A stretch of 64,000 nt of DNA from Candidatus Spongiisociaceae bacterium (GTDB lineage Bacteria; Actinomycetota; Acidimicrobiia; Spongiisociales; Spongiisociaceae): contig CBDCOH010000002.1 in NCBI GenBank assembly GCA_965219685.1, positions 1,984,001-2,048,000 on the forward strand, in the 5' to 3' direction. The notes beneath the pieces are model-generated. The model saw only the letters and a list, made by a program, of their open reading frames with translations. It did not search any database and was not told the origin of the DNA. The position numbers and the translations under genes are program-made. Of the stretch, positions 1-10,530 are shown one piece after another. Numbering within the stretch: position 1 is the stretch's first letter; each line of letters begins with the position of its first letter.

Positions 1-2409
1 CGGGAGCGGATCGAGCGGGCGCTGGAGGCGAAGGGAACGGGCTGGATCACCCCCGCGCAGGGACTGGAGGCTCTCGAACGGCTGGTTCGCCAGGACGTGA
101 CCAGCGAGATGGCGGCGGCGGTGGACTGGGAGGCGATCTCGTCGGGCGACGATCAGCCTCCACCCCTGCTGGAAGACCTTCTGAGCGAGGCGGCTGACGA
201 CCGGGACCAGGCCGGGGAGACCGTCGAGGACCTCCTCACCCGCCTCCGGGGTGCGGCGGGCGAGGAGCGCGAGGAGATCCTGGCCGAGTTCGTGCAGGGA
301 GAGCTGCAAGCGGTCATGAGGCTCCCGAACGAGCCACCCAGGACGGTGGACTTCTCGGACCTGGGAATGGACTCCCTGATGGCGGTGGAGCTGCGAAACC
401 GCCTGAACCGGGCCTTCGCCGGGGAGTACACAGCGCCCAACACCGTGGTCTTCGACTTCCCGAATGCGGTCGACCTCGCCCGGCATCTGGCCTCCGAACT
501 CGGCGAGCCGGACCCGGTCGTCGCCGCGCCGCCGCCGGTCCTGAGGAGGCCGCCGTCCGAGGATGCGATCGCCGTGGTGGGCATCGGGCTGCGCCTGCCC
601 GGCGCGGACGATGTCTCCGGGTTCTGGCGCCGGCTCGAGGCCGGTGAGCACGCCGTGACGGACGGACGACAGGATGGCGGCCCCTGGGACGGCGTGGCCG
701 GGGACCCGGCCGCCGATGATCCGGCCACCCGGCATGGGGCGTTCATCGAGAGGATCGACCGGTTCGACTCACGGTTCTTCCGGATATCCCCCATCGAGGC
801 TCGCGGCATGGATCCGAAGCAGCGGATGCTGCTCGAGACGGCCTGGCACGCGCTCGAGGATGCCGGGATGGACCCGGACCGGCTGCGAGGCAGCCGCACC
901 GGCGTGTATATGGGGGTGGGCGGCAGCGAGTACCGGCGCCTCGTCACTGCCAGGGGCATGGACGACAGCTACGCAGGCACGTCCGGAAGCATCGCCGTCG
1001 GGCGCATAGCCTTCGCCCTGGGCCTGGAGGGGCCGGCCGTTCCGGTGGACCTCGCCTGCACGTCATCCCTGGTCGCCGTCCACCAGGCGCTCGCCGGCCT
1101 GCAGCGGGGCGAGGCGGACTTGGCCCTGGCCGGGGGCGTCAACGCAGTCCTCTCCCCCGCCGTCATGCGGTTCCTCGTGGACACCGGACTCATGTCGACC
1201 ACCGGGCAGTGCTGGGCGTTCGATGCCTCCGCCGACGGTTACGTGCGGGGCGAAGGTTGTGTAGTCGTCGTCCTGAAGCGGCTCGCGGACGCGGAAGCGG
1301 ACGGAGACCGCATCTGGGGCGTGATCCGGGGCTCGGCGGTCAACCAGAACGGGGCGGGCCTGGGCCTCACCCTTCCGAACGGGCCTGCCCAGGAACGAGC
1401 CATGGAAGAGGCGCTGTTGCAGTCCGGCATCGAACCGGCCGACGTGGACTACGTGGAGGCGCACGGACCGGGGACGCAGATCGGCGACGCGGTCGAGATC
1501 AACGCCACCGCCAACGTCTACGGCCGGGGCCGGGTGGAGGGCCGCCCGCTGTTGACCGGTTCGGTGAAGACGAACATCGGACACCTGGAAGCCGCCGGAG
1601 GGGTAGCCGGCCTGATCAAGGTTCTGGCCGCCATACAACAGCGGTCGATCCCGAAGCACCTCAACTTCCGCGATCCGAACCCGGATATCGACTGGGAGCG
1701 CCTGCCGGTACAGGTGACGTCGGAGCCGACAGCCTGGCCGGAAACGGGGAGCCGGCTCCCGCTTGCGGCGGTGAACGCCTTCGGGTTCTCGGGCTCCAAC
1801 GCGCACTTGGTCGTGGAGGGCTACGGAAGCGGCGAAGATGGATCCCCGGAGGTCGGCGGGGCCCGTTGGCCGGTGGGTTCACCCAGGCCGGTGGTCACCT
1901 TGGCCTCCGACGACACTTCGGGCTCACCGTCACCCGAGGACTCGGCAGGACGCAGGACCCGCCTGCTGCCCCTGTCTGGGAAGACGGACCGGGCACTGAG
2001 GGAACTGTCCGCCCGTTATATCGGTTGGCTCGACGAGCACGCGGCTCTGCTCGCCTCACCCGACCGGGAAGATGCGGTGCTCGCGGACATGGCATGGACC
2101 GCTTGGGTCGGCCGAAGCCACATGGCGCACAGGGCGGCTGTGGTATTCGGTGACGCCAAGTCGTTGCGTAGCCGGCTGACCTCTCTTGCCGGCCAAGACG
2201 GGAACGGCCAGGACAGCACACCTGACACGGAGAGTTCCGCCGGTGACCCATCCGAGCCCGACGGCTACCGCCGACTCGTGGAGTCCCTCGCAGCCGACTA
2301 CGAGGCCGGACAGACGGTTCCGTTCGAGAGTCTCTTCACGGGCGAGACCCGCTGCCGTATATCCCTGCCCATCTATCCCTTCCAACGCCGGAGCCACTGG
2401 TTCGAATGA
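1..2409 (+). CDS. Type I polyketide synthase, 3' part (end of KR, ACP, KS, AT-less linker); 5' truncated by window
   Basis: Frame open from base 1. ACP motif LGMDSLMAVELRN; KS motifs DLACTSS, EAHGPGT, GHLEAA; C-terminal LPIYPFQRRSHW post-AT linker motif. Confidence 0.93.
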   Translation, partial: RERIERALEAKGTGWITPAQGLEALERLVRQDVTSEMAAAVDWEAISSGDDQPPPLLEDLLSEAADDRDQAGETVEDLLTRLRGAAGEEREEILAEFVQGELQAVMRLPNEPPRTVDFSDLGMDSLMAVELRNRLNRAFAGEYTAPNTVVFDFPNAVDLARHLASELGEPDPVVAAPPPVLRRPPSEDAIAVVGIGLRLPGADDVSGFWRRLEAGEHAVTDGRQDGGPWDGVAGDPAADDPATRHGAFIERIDRFDSRFFRISPIEARGMDPKQRMLLETAWHALEDAGMDPDRLRGSRTGVYMGVGGSEYRRLVTARGMDDSYAGTSGSIAVGRIAFALGLEGPAVPVDLACTSSLVAVHQALAGLQRGEADLALAGGVNAVLSPAVMRFLVDTGLMSTTGQCWAFDASADGYVRGEGCVVVVLKRLADAEADGDRIWGVIRGSAVNQNGAGLGLTLPNGPAQERAMEEALLQSGIEPADVDYVEAHGPGTQIGDAVEINATANVYGRGRVEGRPLLTGSVKTNIGHLEAAGGVAGLIKVLAAIQQRSIPKHLNFRDPNPDIDWERLPVQVTSEPTAWPETGSRLPLAAVNAFGFSGSNAHLVVEGYGSGEDGSPEVGGARWPVGSPRPVVTLASDDTSGSPSPEDSAGRRTRLLPLSGKTDRALRELSARYIGWLDEHAALLASPDREDAVLADMAWTAWVGRSHMAHRAAVVFGDAKSLRSRLTSLAGQDGNGQDSTPDTESSAGDPSEPDGYRRLVESLAADYEAGQTVPFESLFTGETRCRISLPIYPFQRRSHWFE

Positions 2410-3194
2410 GTCGGATCGCGGCGTTCGCGTCGCCGGGAGTGACGATCGTCACCGGCTCGGCCGGCGGGATCGGCGCCGCAGTCGTCGAGGCGTTGGTCTC
2501 CCAGGATCCGGCTGCGCTGGTGGCGGCAGTGGACTTGAGGCCCGGCCATGCAACACCGCTCATCGACGGGTTCGGGAGGGACCGGATCACCGAAGTGGTC
2601 TGCGATGTGGCCGATCCCGACTCGGTTCGGATGGCCGCGCGGCAGATCGACGAGTGGGGCTTTCCGGTACGGTCCCTCGTGAACTGCGCCGGAATCCAGT
2701 TGGCGGGTCCCAGCGCTGACTTCGCACCTGAGGACTGGCAGAAAGTGCTCGACATCAACCTTTCGGGGACGTTCTACTGGTGCCAGGAGGCGGGAAGACG
2801 CATGATGGCCGCGGATGGCGGGGCGATCGTCAACTTCTCGTCGGTGGCCGAGTTCTTCGGATGGCCCCTGCGAGCTCCCTACGCCGCCACCAAGGCGGCG
2901 GTCAGTTCGTTGACCAGAACCCTGGCCACCGAGTGGGCCCACCTCGGGGTCCGGATCAACGCGGTGGCGCCGGGATACATCGACACCCCCCTGGCGCGCT
3001 CGGCCATCGAGGGTGGGCGGCTGTCGAAACCAGAGGCGGACGCCCTCCATGCGCAGCAACGTTTCGCCGACACGTCCGAGGTCGCTGCGGCGGTGTGCTT
3101 CCTGCTTTCGCCCGGAGCCGGGTTCATCACCGGGGAGACCCTCAAGGTGGACGGCGGGCTGTGCGCCAAGAAGCTCGACTGGCCATCGGACTGA
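2406..3194 (+). CDS. SDR family oxidoreductase
   Basis: TGSAGGIG, VNCAG, YAATK, NAVAPG, DGG motifs; ATGA overlap with the PKS stop. Confidence 0.93.
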   Translation: MSRIAAFASPGVTIVTGSAGGIGAAVVEALVSQDPAALVAAVDLRPGHATPLIDGFGRDRITEVVCDVADPDSVRMAARQIDEWGFPVRSLVNCAGIQLAGPSADFAPEDWQKVLDINLSGTFYWCQEAGRRMMAADGGAIVNFSSVAEFFGWPLRAPYAATKAAVSSLTRTLATEWAHLGVRINAVAPGYIDTPLARSAIEGGRLSKPEADALHAQQRFADTSEVAAAVCFLLSPGAGFITGETLKVDGGLCAKKLDWPSD

Positions 3195-3261
3195 CCGCAC
3201 CTTCATCCTGTGACCATTCCCCCTCCTGTAACCTCTTCCGCAGCCGATCAGGAGATACATC

Positions 3262-4659
3262 ATGAGGGTCGGGGTAGGACGCGGGAACATCACGCCTCCG
3301 GTTGGGATAGAGCACGCCGGATGGGGCGCTCAAGTCCACGAACGGGCCGAAGGGGTGCATCTCGATCTCTGGGTGACCGTGCTGGTGGTGGAGGGCGAGC
3401 ACGACACGTTCGCCATCCTCGACTACGACCTGATGATCATCACGGTCGAGGACTCGGACCGCATCCGCGCGGACGTAGCCGGCGTGGTGGGAACCGATCC
3501 GGCCAACATCCGGGTCTCCTTCACCCACACCCATGCCGGTCCGGTGTGGTCGAACTTCCTCGGAGACCGTTCGGGGCGGGCCGGATCGGAACTGGTGGCG
3601 GGATACCGGGAGACGGTCTGGTCCCAGACCCTGGGCGCCGTCCATCAGGCAATGGGATCGCTCCGTCCGGCCCGGATGGCGGCGGGCTGGGGTGAGAGTT
3701 CCATCGCCGTCAACCGCCGGCTCCGTGCACCCAATGGTACGGTCGTGGTGGGCCAGGCTCCCGGCAGGTTCCGCGACCCGAAGGTCATGGTCGTCCGCTT
3801 CGACGACACCGACGAGCGCCCCCTGGCCGCCCTGGTCTGCTACGCCGCGCATCCAATCGTCCTGGCCTTCCAGAATCGACTGATCAGCCCCGACTTCCCG
3901 GGGGTGGCGAAGCGCGTGGTGGAGCAATTGACCGGCGCCACCTGCCTCTACCTGCAGGGTTGCGCGGGCAATATGATGACGACCGAGGCCCTGACCGGCG
4001 ATCTCGGAGCCGCGGATCGGATGGGTACCAGGCTCGGGGCCGAGGCGGCCAAGGTGTTCACCCGGATTCGCACCCTCCCCACCCGGCGGCGTTTCGACCG
4101 AGTCGTCGAGTCCGGAGCTCCTCTGGGTATCTGGGTGGACGATCCGCTGCCCGACCGCGAACCGCTCGTCAGGGTGATCGAACGCCGCATCGAGATGCCT
4201 GTCCGGCGGACCACGCCGCCCCTCGAGGCGGAGGCCGAAGCCGAGCAACTGTCACGCCGCTTCCTGGATCTCCAGGCTTCCGGGGCCTCTGAGGCGGAGG
4301 TGCTCGACGCCCGGTACCGCGCCCGGCGGGCCCTGATCCGAGCGGCCTGGGCCAGGCTCTGCGGAGGTAGGACCAGCCTCGACACCACCCTGCATGGGAT
4401 CAGGATCGACGATGTCGCACTGGTCGGCTTCCCCGGCGAGCCGTTCTCCGAGACCGGGGTGCGGGTCAGGGAGGCGTCGCCCTTCGGGTACACGCACATG
4501 GCGGGCTACACGAACGGGGTGACCGGGTACGTGCCCACTGCGGAGGAGTTCGCCCGGGGGGGATACGAACCGGAGTGGGCCACCGCGTTCACGGCCGAAG
4601 CGGCATCCGTACTGGAAAGTGAGGCCAACGCTCTCATCAACGACCTGGCCGGCGGATGA
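3262..4659 (+). CDS. Neutral/alkaline ceramidase-like amidohydrolase
   Basis: ITPP, THTHAGP, YAAHP, ISPDFPG, QGCAGN, FPGEPF motifs; SD AGGAG upstream. Confidence 0.8.
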   Translation: MRVGVGRGNITPPVGIEHAGWGAQVHERAEGVHLDLWVTVLVVEGEHDTFAILDYDLMIITVEDSDRIRADVAGVVGTDPANIRVSFTHTHAGPVWSNFLGDRSGRAGSELVAGYRETVWSQTLGAVHQAMGSLRPARMAAGWGESSIAVNRRLRAPNGTVVVGQAPGRFRDPKVMVVRFDDTDERPLAALVCYAAHPIVLAFQNRLISPDFPGVAKRVVEQLTGATCLYLQGCAGNMMTTEALTGDLGAADRMGTRLGAEAAKVFTRIRTLPTRRRFDRVVESGAPLGIWVDDPLPDREPLVRVIERRIEMPVRRTTPPLEAEAEAEQLSRRFLDLQASGASEAEVLDARYRARRALIRAAWARLCGGRTSLDTTLHGIRIDDVALVGFPGEPFSETGVRVREASPFGYTHMAGYTNGVTGYVPTAEEFARGGYEPEWATAFTAEAASVLESEANALINDLAGG

Positions 4660-5672
4660 CCGCACACGTCGCCAACCCGGAACCCGGCTCGACCGAGTCG
4701 GCTCCCCTGCTCGAGGTTCGCGGACTCTCGGTATCCTTCGAGACCCACTCGGGAGCCCTGCCCGCAGTCGAGGATGTGAGCTTCGCCCTCTATCCCGGTG
4801 ACATACTGGGTGTGGTGGGCGAGTCGGGCTCCGGCAAGACCGTAACTGTCTCGTCGTTGGTGAGATTGCTTCCGGCCAGCGCTCGTGTGACGGCCGGCGA
4901 GGTCCTATACGGGGGGCGAAACCTGCTGGAGGTTGCGGACGGGGACATGGAGACGGTCCGGGGCGAGGAAATCGCCATGGTGTTCCAGGACCCGATGACC
5001 TCGCTGAACCCGGTGATGCGGGTGGGTAACCAGATCTCCGAGGCCCTCCGAATCCACGGCGCCTCTCGGAGCGAAGCCCGGCGGCGTACCGTAGAACTCC
5101 TCGATCTGGTGGGGATTCCCAACCCGCGCGAACGCTCCCGCCAGTTCCCGCACGAGATGTCGGGGGGCATGCGCCAGCGGGTGGTGATCGCCATCGCCAT
5201 CGCCAACCAGCCATCCGTCCTGATCGCCGACGAGCCCACGACGGCCCTCGACGTGACCATCCAGGCCCAGGTGCTCGAGGTTCTGGCCGCCGGTTGCGGC
5301 GCCACCGGCGCTTCGATGATCCTCGTTACCCACGACCTGGGCGTGATAGCCGAGGTGGCCAACCGGGTAGCGGTCATGTACGCGGGGAGGATCGTCGAGA
5401 CGGGAACGGTGGAGACGATCTTCCACCGGCCCCGCCATCCTTACACCATCGGCTTGTTCTCCAGCCTTCCGCGACTCGACGGCGAACTGGGGCAGTTGGC
5501 GCCCATCCCGGGTACCCCACCTACCTTGGCGGCGCGACCACCCGGGTGCGCATTCCATCCCAGGTGCTTCCTCTCCGGAGGCAGGGAGGAGTGCCGCAGC
5601 CGTATCGCCTACCTTGCCCCCTTGGAATCGGGACACAGCGCCGCCTGCCATTTCATGTCGGAAACCGCCTGA
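4656..5672 (+). CDS. Peptide/nickel ABC transporter ATP-binding protein (OppD/DppD-like)
   Basis: GESGSGKT, FQDPMTSLNP, MSGGMRQR, IADEPTTALD, C-terminal GCAFHPRC...ACH. Confidence 0.95.
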   Translation: MTAHVANPEPGSTESAPLLEVRGLSVSFETHSGALPAVEDVSFALYPGDILGVVGESGSGKTVTVSSLVRLLPASARVTAGEVLYGGRNLLEVADGDMETVRGEEIAMVFQDPMTSLNPVMRVGNQISEALRIHGASRSEARRRTVELLDLVGIPNPRERSRQFPHEMSGGMRQRVVIAIAIANQPSVLIADEPTTALDVTIQAQVLEVLAAGCGATGASMILVTHDLGVIAEVANRVAVMYAGRIVETGTVETIFHRPRHPYTIGLFSSLPRLDGELGQLAPIPGTPPTLAARPPGCAFHPRCFLSGGREECRSRIAYLAPLESGHSAACHFMSETA

Positions 5673-5837
5673 GAGCCTTTCCTAAGACCCCGTTGAGTCT
5701 GCTTGCTGGCTCTGAGGGGCCGGGCTATGTTCACAGCGGTGGCCTGCCTGTGAGGTGGCGGCGTACATGCCAACTCGCCAGCTAGTCACAACCTGGGCGC
5801 GGATCCCCCGTCCAATAGGCAAACCGAGGAGAAGATA

Positions 5838-7796
5838 ATGAAGAGACTCGCTGGAAGGTCTCTGGTTGCCGTTTTCGTAGCGCTGACCATGCTGGCAGCC
5901 GCGTGCGGCGGCGAGGACACCTCCGCCGACGACGATGCAGCCGCCGCCGCGGCGGAGGCTCAGACAGCGGCCGCCCAAGCCGAAGCTGCGGCAGCCAAGG
6001 CTGAAGCGGACGCCGCCCAAGCAGACGCCGACGCTGCGGCAGCAGCGCTCGCCGAGGCCCAAGCCGAGCTGGAGGCAGCCCAGATGGCCGCCGAAGAGGC
6101 CATGGAGGGCGACGAGGCTGCGAAAGCGGCGCTGGCAGAGGCCGAGGCAGCCGAGGCAGCGGCCCAGATGGCTGCGGAAGAAGCCCAGATGGCTGCCGAG
6201 GAAGCCCAGACGACGGCGGAAGAAGCCCAGATGGCTGCCGAGGAAGCCGAAGTGGCCGCCGAAGAAGCCCAGATGCAGGTCGAGGAGTTGATGGGCGGCG
6301 GCACGATCGTGTTCGGCACCAACCAGGAACCCTCACAGCTGGACGCCTTCGCATCCACCACCGTCAACGACCAGGCGGTAGTGGCACAGATCTACGAGAC
6401 GCTGGTGATCCTCGGCCAGGGTATGCAGATCCACCCGGGCCTAGCAACCAGCTGGAGTCTCAGTCCCGACGCCATGAGCGTTCGCTTCAACCTCCGTGAA
6501 GGAGTCACGTTCCACAACGGTGACCCGTTCAATGCACAGGTGGTCAAGGCGCACTTCGACCGGATGAAGGGCGATGTCTCGGGATCGCAGACCGCTCTGA
6601 TCGCCACCAACTACCAGGACACCGAGGTGGTCGACGACTACACCGTGGAGTTGGTCTTCTCGGCGCCGGTACCCGACATCCTGATCGACCTCGCCGCTCC
6701 CGGCGCGGCCATCACCAACGCCGCAGCCGTGGAGGCGTTGGGCGAGGACGCCGGCCAGCAGCCGATCGGGACCGGACCGTTCATCTTCGAGGAGTGGGTG
6801 GAAGGAAGCCACATCTCGCTCGTTCGCAACCCGGACTGGACGTGGGGTGAGTTCTCCTTCTACGGAACCACCGGACCGGCCCGCGCCGAGCGCCTGATCT
6901 TCCGCTTCATACCGGACGACCAGACCCGGACCGCCGCCCTGTCCACGGGAGAGATCCAGTTCCTGGATCTGGTGCCCTTCCAGAACATCGCCCCTCTGGA
7001 AGCGCTGGACGGAGTCACGGTCGAGGGCTTCTCCCTCCCGGGTCTGCCGCAGGTCAACTACATCAGCCCCGTAATATCCCCCACTTCCGACATCCGCGTG
7101 CGCAAGGCCATCCTTCACGCCGTCGACCAGGAGGAGATCGTCAAGCTGGTGTTCTTCGGCAAGGCACCCCGCGCGTACGGTCCGCTCTCGAGCGACTTCG
7201 CCGAGTACGACCCGATCGTGGAGACCTACTACCCCTACGACCCGGAGCTCTCGGCCCAGTTGCTGGACGAGGCCGGATGGACGCTGGGCGACGACGGTAT
7301 CCGGCGGCAGGGCGGCGAGACGCTCCGGGCCAGGATCATCGAGAACCGCAGCTGGAATCCCTGGGTGACTCTCCTGCAGGACCAGCTACGCAAGATCGGT
7401 TTCGACGCCGAGGTCATCACACTCGAGGGTGGCGGTTACTTCCAGGGTACCGGCGAGACGATCTACGAACTCGCCTCGATGGGTGACGTGTTCGGCTCAC
7501 CCGCATCGCTGCGGAGGGACTTCCACTCCTCGTCGATCGGACCGGGCAACATCAACGTCGGGCATATCGACGACCCGACGCTGGACGCCCTGCTCGACGC
7601 CGCCTCGGTGGAGACCAACCTGGGGGTTCGGGCCGAGATCCTGTCCGAGGTGCAGCGCTACATCATGGATCAGGCGTACATCGTCCCGATCATCGAGTTG
7701 CACTTCTTCACGGCGTTCTCCAACGACCTGAGCGGGTTCTCGGTCGACGGGACCGGGTTCTACAAGTACTTCGGAGGAGCGTCGCTCAGCCAGTAG
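5838..7796 (+). CDS. Family 5 ABC substrate-binding lipoprotein with N-terminal Ala/Glu coiled-coil stalk
   Basis: Lipobox LAAAC; IYETLV, LREGVTFHNG, IGTGPF, VRKAI motifs; AEEAQMA repeats; SD GAGGAG. Confidence 0.92.
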   Translation: MKRLAGRSLVAVFVALTMLAAACGGEDTSADDDAAAAAAEAQTAAAQAEAAAAKAEADAAQADADAAAAALAEAQAELEAAQMAAEEAMEGDEAAKAALAEAEAAEAAAQMAAEEAQMAAEEAQTTAEEAQMAAEEAEVAAEEAQMQVEELMGGGTIVFGTNQEPSQLDAFASTTVNDQAVVAQIYETLVILGQGMQIHPGLATSWSLSPDAMSVRFNLREGVTFHNGDPFNAQVVKAHFDRMKGDVSGSQTALIATNYQDTEVVDDYTVELVFSAPVPDILIDLAAPGAAITNAAAVEALGEDAGQQPIGTGPFIFEEWVEGSHISLVRNPDWTWGEFSFYGTTGPARAERLIFRFIPDDQTRTAALSTGEIQFLDLVPFQNIAPLEALDGVTVEGFSLPGLPQVNYISPVISPTSDIRVRKAILHAVDQEEIVKLVFFGKAPRAYGPLSSDFAEYDPIVETYYPYDPELSAQLLDEAGWTLGDDGIRRQGGETLRARIIENRSWNPWVTLLQDQLRKIGFDAEVITLEGGGYFQGTGETIYELASMGDVFGSPASLRRDFHSSSIGPGNINVGHIDDPTLDALLDAASVETNLGVRAEILSEVQRYIMDQAYIVPIIELHFFTAFSNDLSGFSVDGTGFYKYFGGASLSQ

Positions 7797-7917
7797 CGGT
7801 CAACAGACCGAAGACTGACATGGAGCGGGTGTCGTCACCGAGTGACGCCCCGGTGTGTGGCAGGGCCGACAACGCCTTGCCACACACCGTACGCTCACGT
7901 CTGAGCCGGTCCGAGCC

Positions 7918-8850
7918 ATGCTGAGATACGTCTTCGGCCGGTTGACCCTGACCGTTCCGGTCCTGATCGGCGCGGCCGTCCTGATCTTCCTGCTCATGCA
8001 GTTGGTGCCCGGCGACGCGGTCTCGGCCGTGATGGCCGGAGGGGCCAAGCTCAGTCCGGAACAGCAGCTCGAGATGCGCGAGGCACTCGGCCTCAACCGG
8101 CCGCTCGTAGTCCAGCTGGGCGACTATCTGTGGGGCCTCGTCCAGGGCGACCTGGGGCGCTCGACCAGATCGGACCGCAGTGTTCTCTCCCTTGTGGGGG
8201 CGCAGATCCCCTCCACCCTGATCCTGGTCGCCGCCGGGATGACGGTGGCCATCATCATCGGCGTGCCCCTAGGCGTGCTGGCGGCCCGCCGTCGCAACAG
8301 CTTCGTCGACACCCTCGCCATGGGAACCGCGGTCCTAGGGTTGTCCGTACCGCAGTTCTGGTTCGGACTGATGCTGATCCTGCTATTCGCCGTGAACCTG
8401 GGCTGGTTCCCCGCCCTGAGTTCCGGTGGCTTCGACGGACTGGTCCTGCCATCGGTGGCCCTGGGGGTTGCTGAGGCGGCCGTGCTGGCCCGGCTGGTGA
8501 GGAGCAGCCTGATCGAGTCCCTGGAGCAGGACTACATCACCACCGCCCGGGCCAAGGGCGCATCAGACCGCCGGGTTACCTGGCGACACGGCCTCCGCAA
8601 CGCCCTGGTGCCGGTGGTGACGATGATCGGGCTCCAAGTGGGGAACCTGCTGGGAGCTGCGGTCGTCATCGAGATGCTGTTCGCCCGCCAGGGCCTCGGC
8701 CAGTTGGTGGTGAACAGCATCCTGCGGCGGGATCTCCCCGTTCTGCAGGGCTCGATCCTCATCCTCGCTTCGATCTTCGTGGTGATCAACGTGGTGGTCG
8801 ACATCCTGTACAAGTTCCTCGATCCCCGCGTGAAGCTGGGCACGGCCTGA
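7918..8850 (+). CDS. ABC transporter permease (OppB/DppB-like)
   Basis: VPGDA, GDLGRS, DYITTARAKG (EAA loop), LRNALVP motifs. Confidence 0.93.
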   Translation: MLRYVFGRLTLTVPVLIGAAVLIFLLMQLVPGDAVSAVMAGGAKLSPEQQLEMREALGLNRPLVVQLGDYLWGLVQGDLGRSTRSDRSVLSLVGAQIPSTLILVAAGMTVAIIIGVPLGVLAARRRNSFVDTLAMGTAVLGLSVPQFWFGLMLILLFAVNLGWFPALSSGGFDGLVLPSVALGVAEAAVLARLVRSSLIESLEQDYITTARAKGASDRRVTWRHGLRNALVPVVTMIGLQVGNLLGAAVVIEMLFARQGLGQLVVNSILRRDLPVLQGSILILASIFVVINVVVDILYKFLDPRVKLGTA

Positions 8851-8858
8851 GCACCGCC

Positions 8859-9743
8859 ATGCTGGACGCCACCTCCGAGCCCGTCCCCCTGGAACAGACC
8901 TCCGTTCACATCTGGCGGAGGTTGATCTCCCACCGCTCGGTCGTAGTCGGAGGATCCCTCTTCCTGGTGGTTCTGGCGGCCGCGCTGTTCGCCGGATGGA
9001 TAGCCCCGTACGGTCCGGTGGACACAGACCCCGACGTCGCGCTGCTGCCGCCGAGTTGGTCGCACCTGATGGGAACCGACCAGTTCGGCCGGGACGTGCT
9101 GAGCCGCGTGATCCACGGTTCCCGACCGTCCTTGGTGATGGGCGTGGCGCCCATGCTCATCTCATCGGTCGTTGGTACCACGCTCGGGATGCTGTTCGGC
9201 TACTACGGACGGTGGGCCGACCTCCTCCTTACCCGCTTCGTGGACATCGCCCTGGCCTTCCCGCCCATCCTCCTTGCCCTGACAGTGGTAGCGGTGCTGG
9301 GTCCGGGCCTGTGGAGCATCGCCCTAGCCCTCGGGCTCTCGGGAATCCCCTTCTACATCCGCATGGCCAGGGGTCAGGTCATCCAGGCGAAGGAAGCGCC
9401 ATTCGTGCAGACGGCCATCGCCATCGGCGCCGGGGACATGCGGGTCATGTTCCGCCATATCATCCACCGGGTCATCCCGCCGATCCTGGTGATGATGACC
9501 ATCCATGTGGCCGGGGCCATCCTCGCCGGCGCGGCGCTCAGCTTCCTGGGGCTGGGGATTCCCCCACCCAGTCCCGAGTGGGGAACCATGATCCAGGACG
9601 GCCGCCAGTTTATAGCCCTCTCCTGGTGGATGGCCTTCTTCCCGGGAGTCGCCCTGGCCGTGACCGTCTTCGCCACCAACCTGTTGGGGGACGGGCTGCG
9701 GGACGTGCTCGATCCGAGATCCAAAGGAGAGCAGATCAGATGA
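8859..9743 (+). CDS. ABC transporter permease (OppC/DppC-like)
   Basis: HLMGTDQFGRDVLSR, LSFLGLG, PEWG, GDGLRD motifs. Confidence 0.94.
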   Translation: MLDATSEPVPLEQTSVHIWRRLISHRSVVVGGSLFLVVLAAALFAGWIAPYGPVDTDPDVALLPPSWSHLMGTDQFGRDVLSRVIHGSRPSLVMGVAPMLISSVVGTTLGMLFGYYGRWADLLLTRFVDIALAFPPILLALTVVAVLGPGLWSIALALGLSGIPFYIRMARGQVIQAKEAPFVQTAIAIGAGDMRVMFRHIIHRVIPPILVMMTIHVAGAILAGAALSFLGLGIPPPSPEWGTMIQDGRQFIALSWWMAFFPGVALAVTVFATNLLGDGLRDVLDPRSKGEQIR

Positions 9744-9750
9744 TGGACGC

Positions 9751-10530
9751 ATGCAGATGACAGACAACAGAGTGGCGGTGGTGACCGGAGCCGCCTCCGG
9801 GATAGGACGGGGCTGCGCCCTGCGGCTGGCCGCCGACGGGTACCGGGTGGCGGTGGTGGACATCGACGGGGACGGCGGTCGCCTCGTGACCGACCATCTG
9901 GAGGACGAGGGAGCCGATGCCTTCTTCCTGGAGGTCGACGTCGGGGAACCCGACGCGTTCGAGGTGATCGTCTCGGCGGTTGCGGACCGCTGGAGCGCCC
10001 TGCACGTGCTGGTGAACAACGCCGGGCTCGACTACAACGAGCCGCTCTCCGAGATGAGCGTCGAGGCCTGGGACCGGTGCATTGCCGTGGACCTGCGCAG
10101 CGTCGCCTTCTCCGCCCAGGCCGCCTCGGGAATCATGCAGCGGTCGGGCGGGGGAAGCATCATCAACATCGCCTCGGTGATGGCCTGGTACACGTTTCCC
10201 AACTACTCCGCCTACACGGCCTCCAAGGCCGGGCTGATAGGCCTCACAAGGACGCTCGCTCTGGAACTGGGACCGCTCGGCATCCGGGTGAACGCCATCG
10301 CTCCGGGATTCATCGACACGGGCGCATGGCAGCGGGTCCTCGCAACCCTGGACAACGCCGAGGAGTTCGCCGCTTCGGTCTCGGCGCTGCATCCCCTCGG
10401 CCGCCGGGGGAATCCCACCGACATCGCCGCGGCCGTGGCGTTCCTGGCCGGAGAGGACGCCTCGTTCATCACCGGCCACACCCTGGTCGTCGACGGAGGC
10501 CTGACCTCACAGTTGCGAACCCCGGCCTAG
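9751..10530 (+). CDS. SDR family oxidoreductase
   Basis: TGAASGIG, NNAG, YTASK, NAIAPG, VDGG. Confidence 0.94.
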   Translation: MQMTDNRVAVVTGAASGIGRGCALRLAADGYRVAVVDIDGDGGRLVTDHLEDEGADAFFLEVDVGEPDAFEVIVSAVADRWSALHVLVNNAGLDYNEPLSEMSVEAWDRCIAVDLRSVAFSAQAASGIMQRSGGGSIINIASVMAWYTFPNYSAYTASKAGLIGLTRTLALELGPLGIRVNAIAPGFIDTGAWQRVLATLDNAEEFAASVSALHPLGRRGNPTDIAAAVAFLAGEDASFITGHTLVVDGGLTSQLRTPA

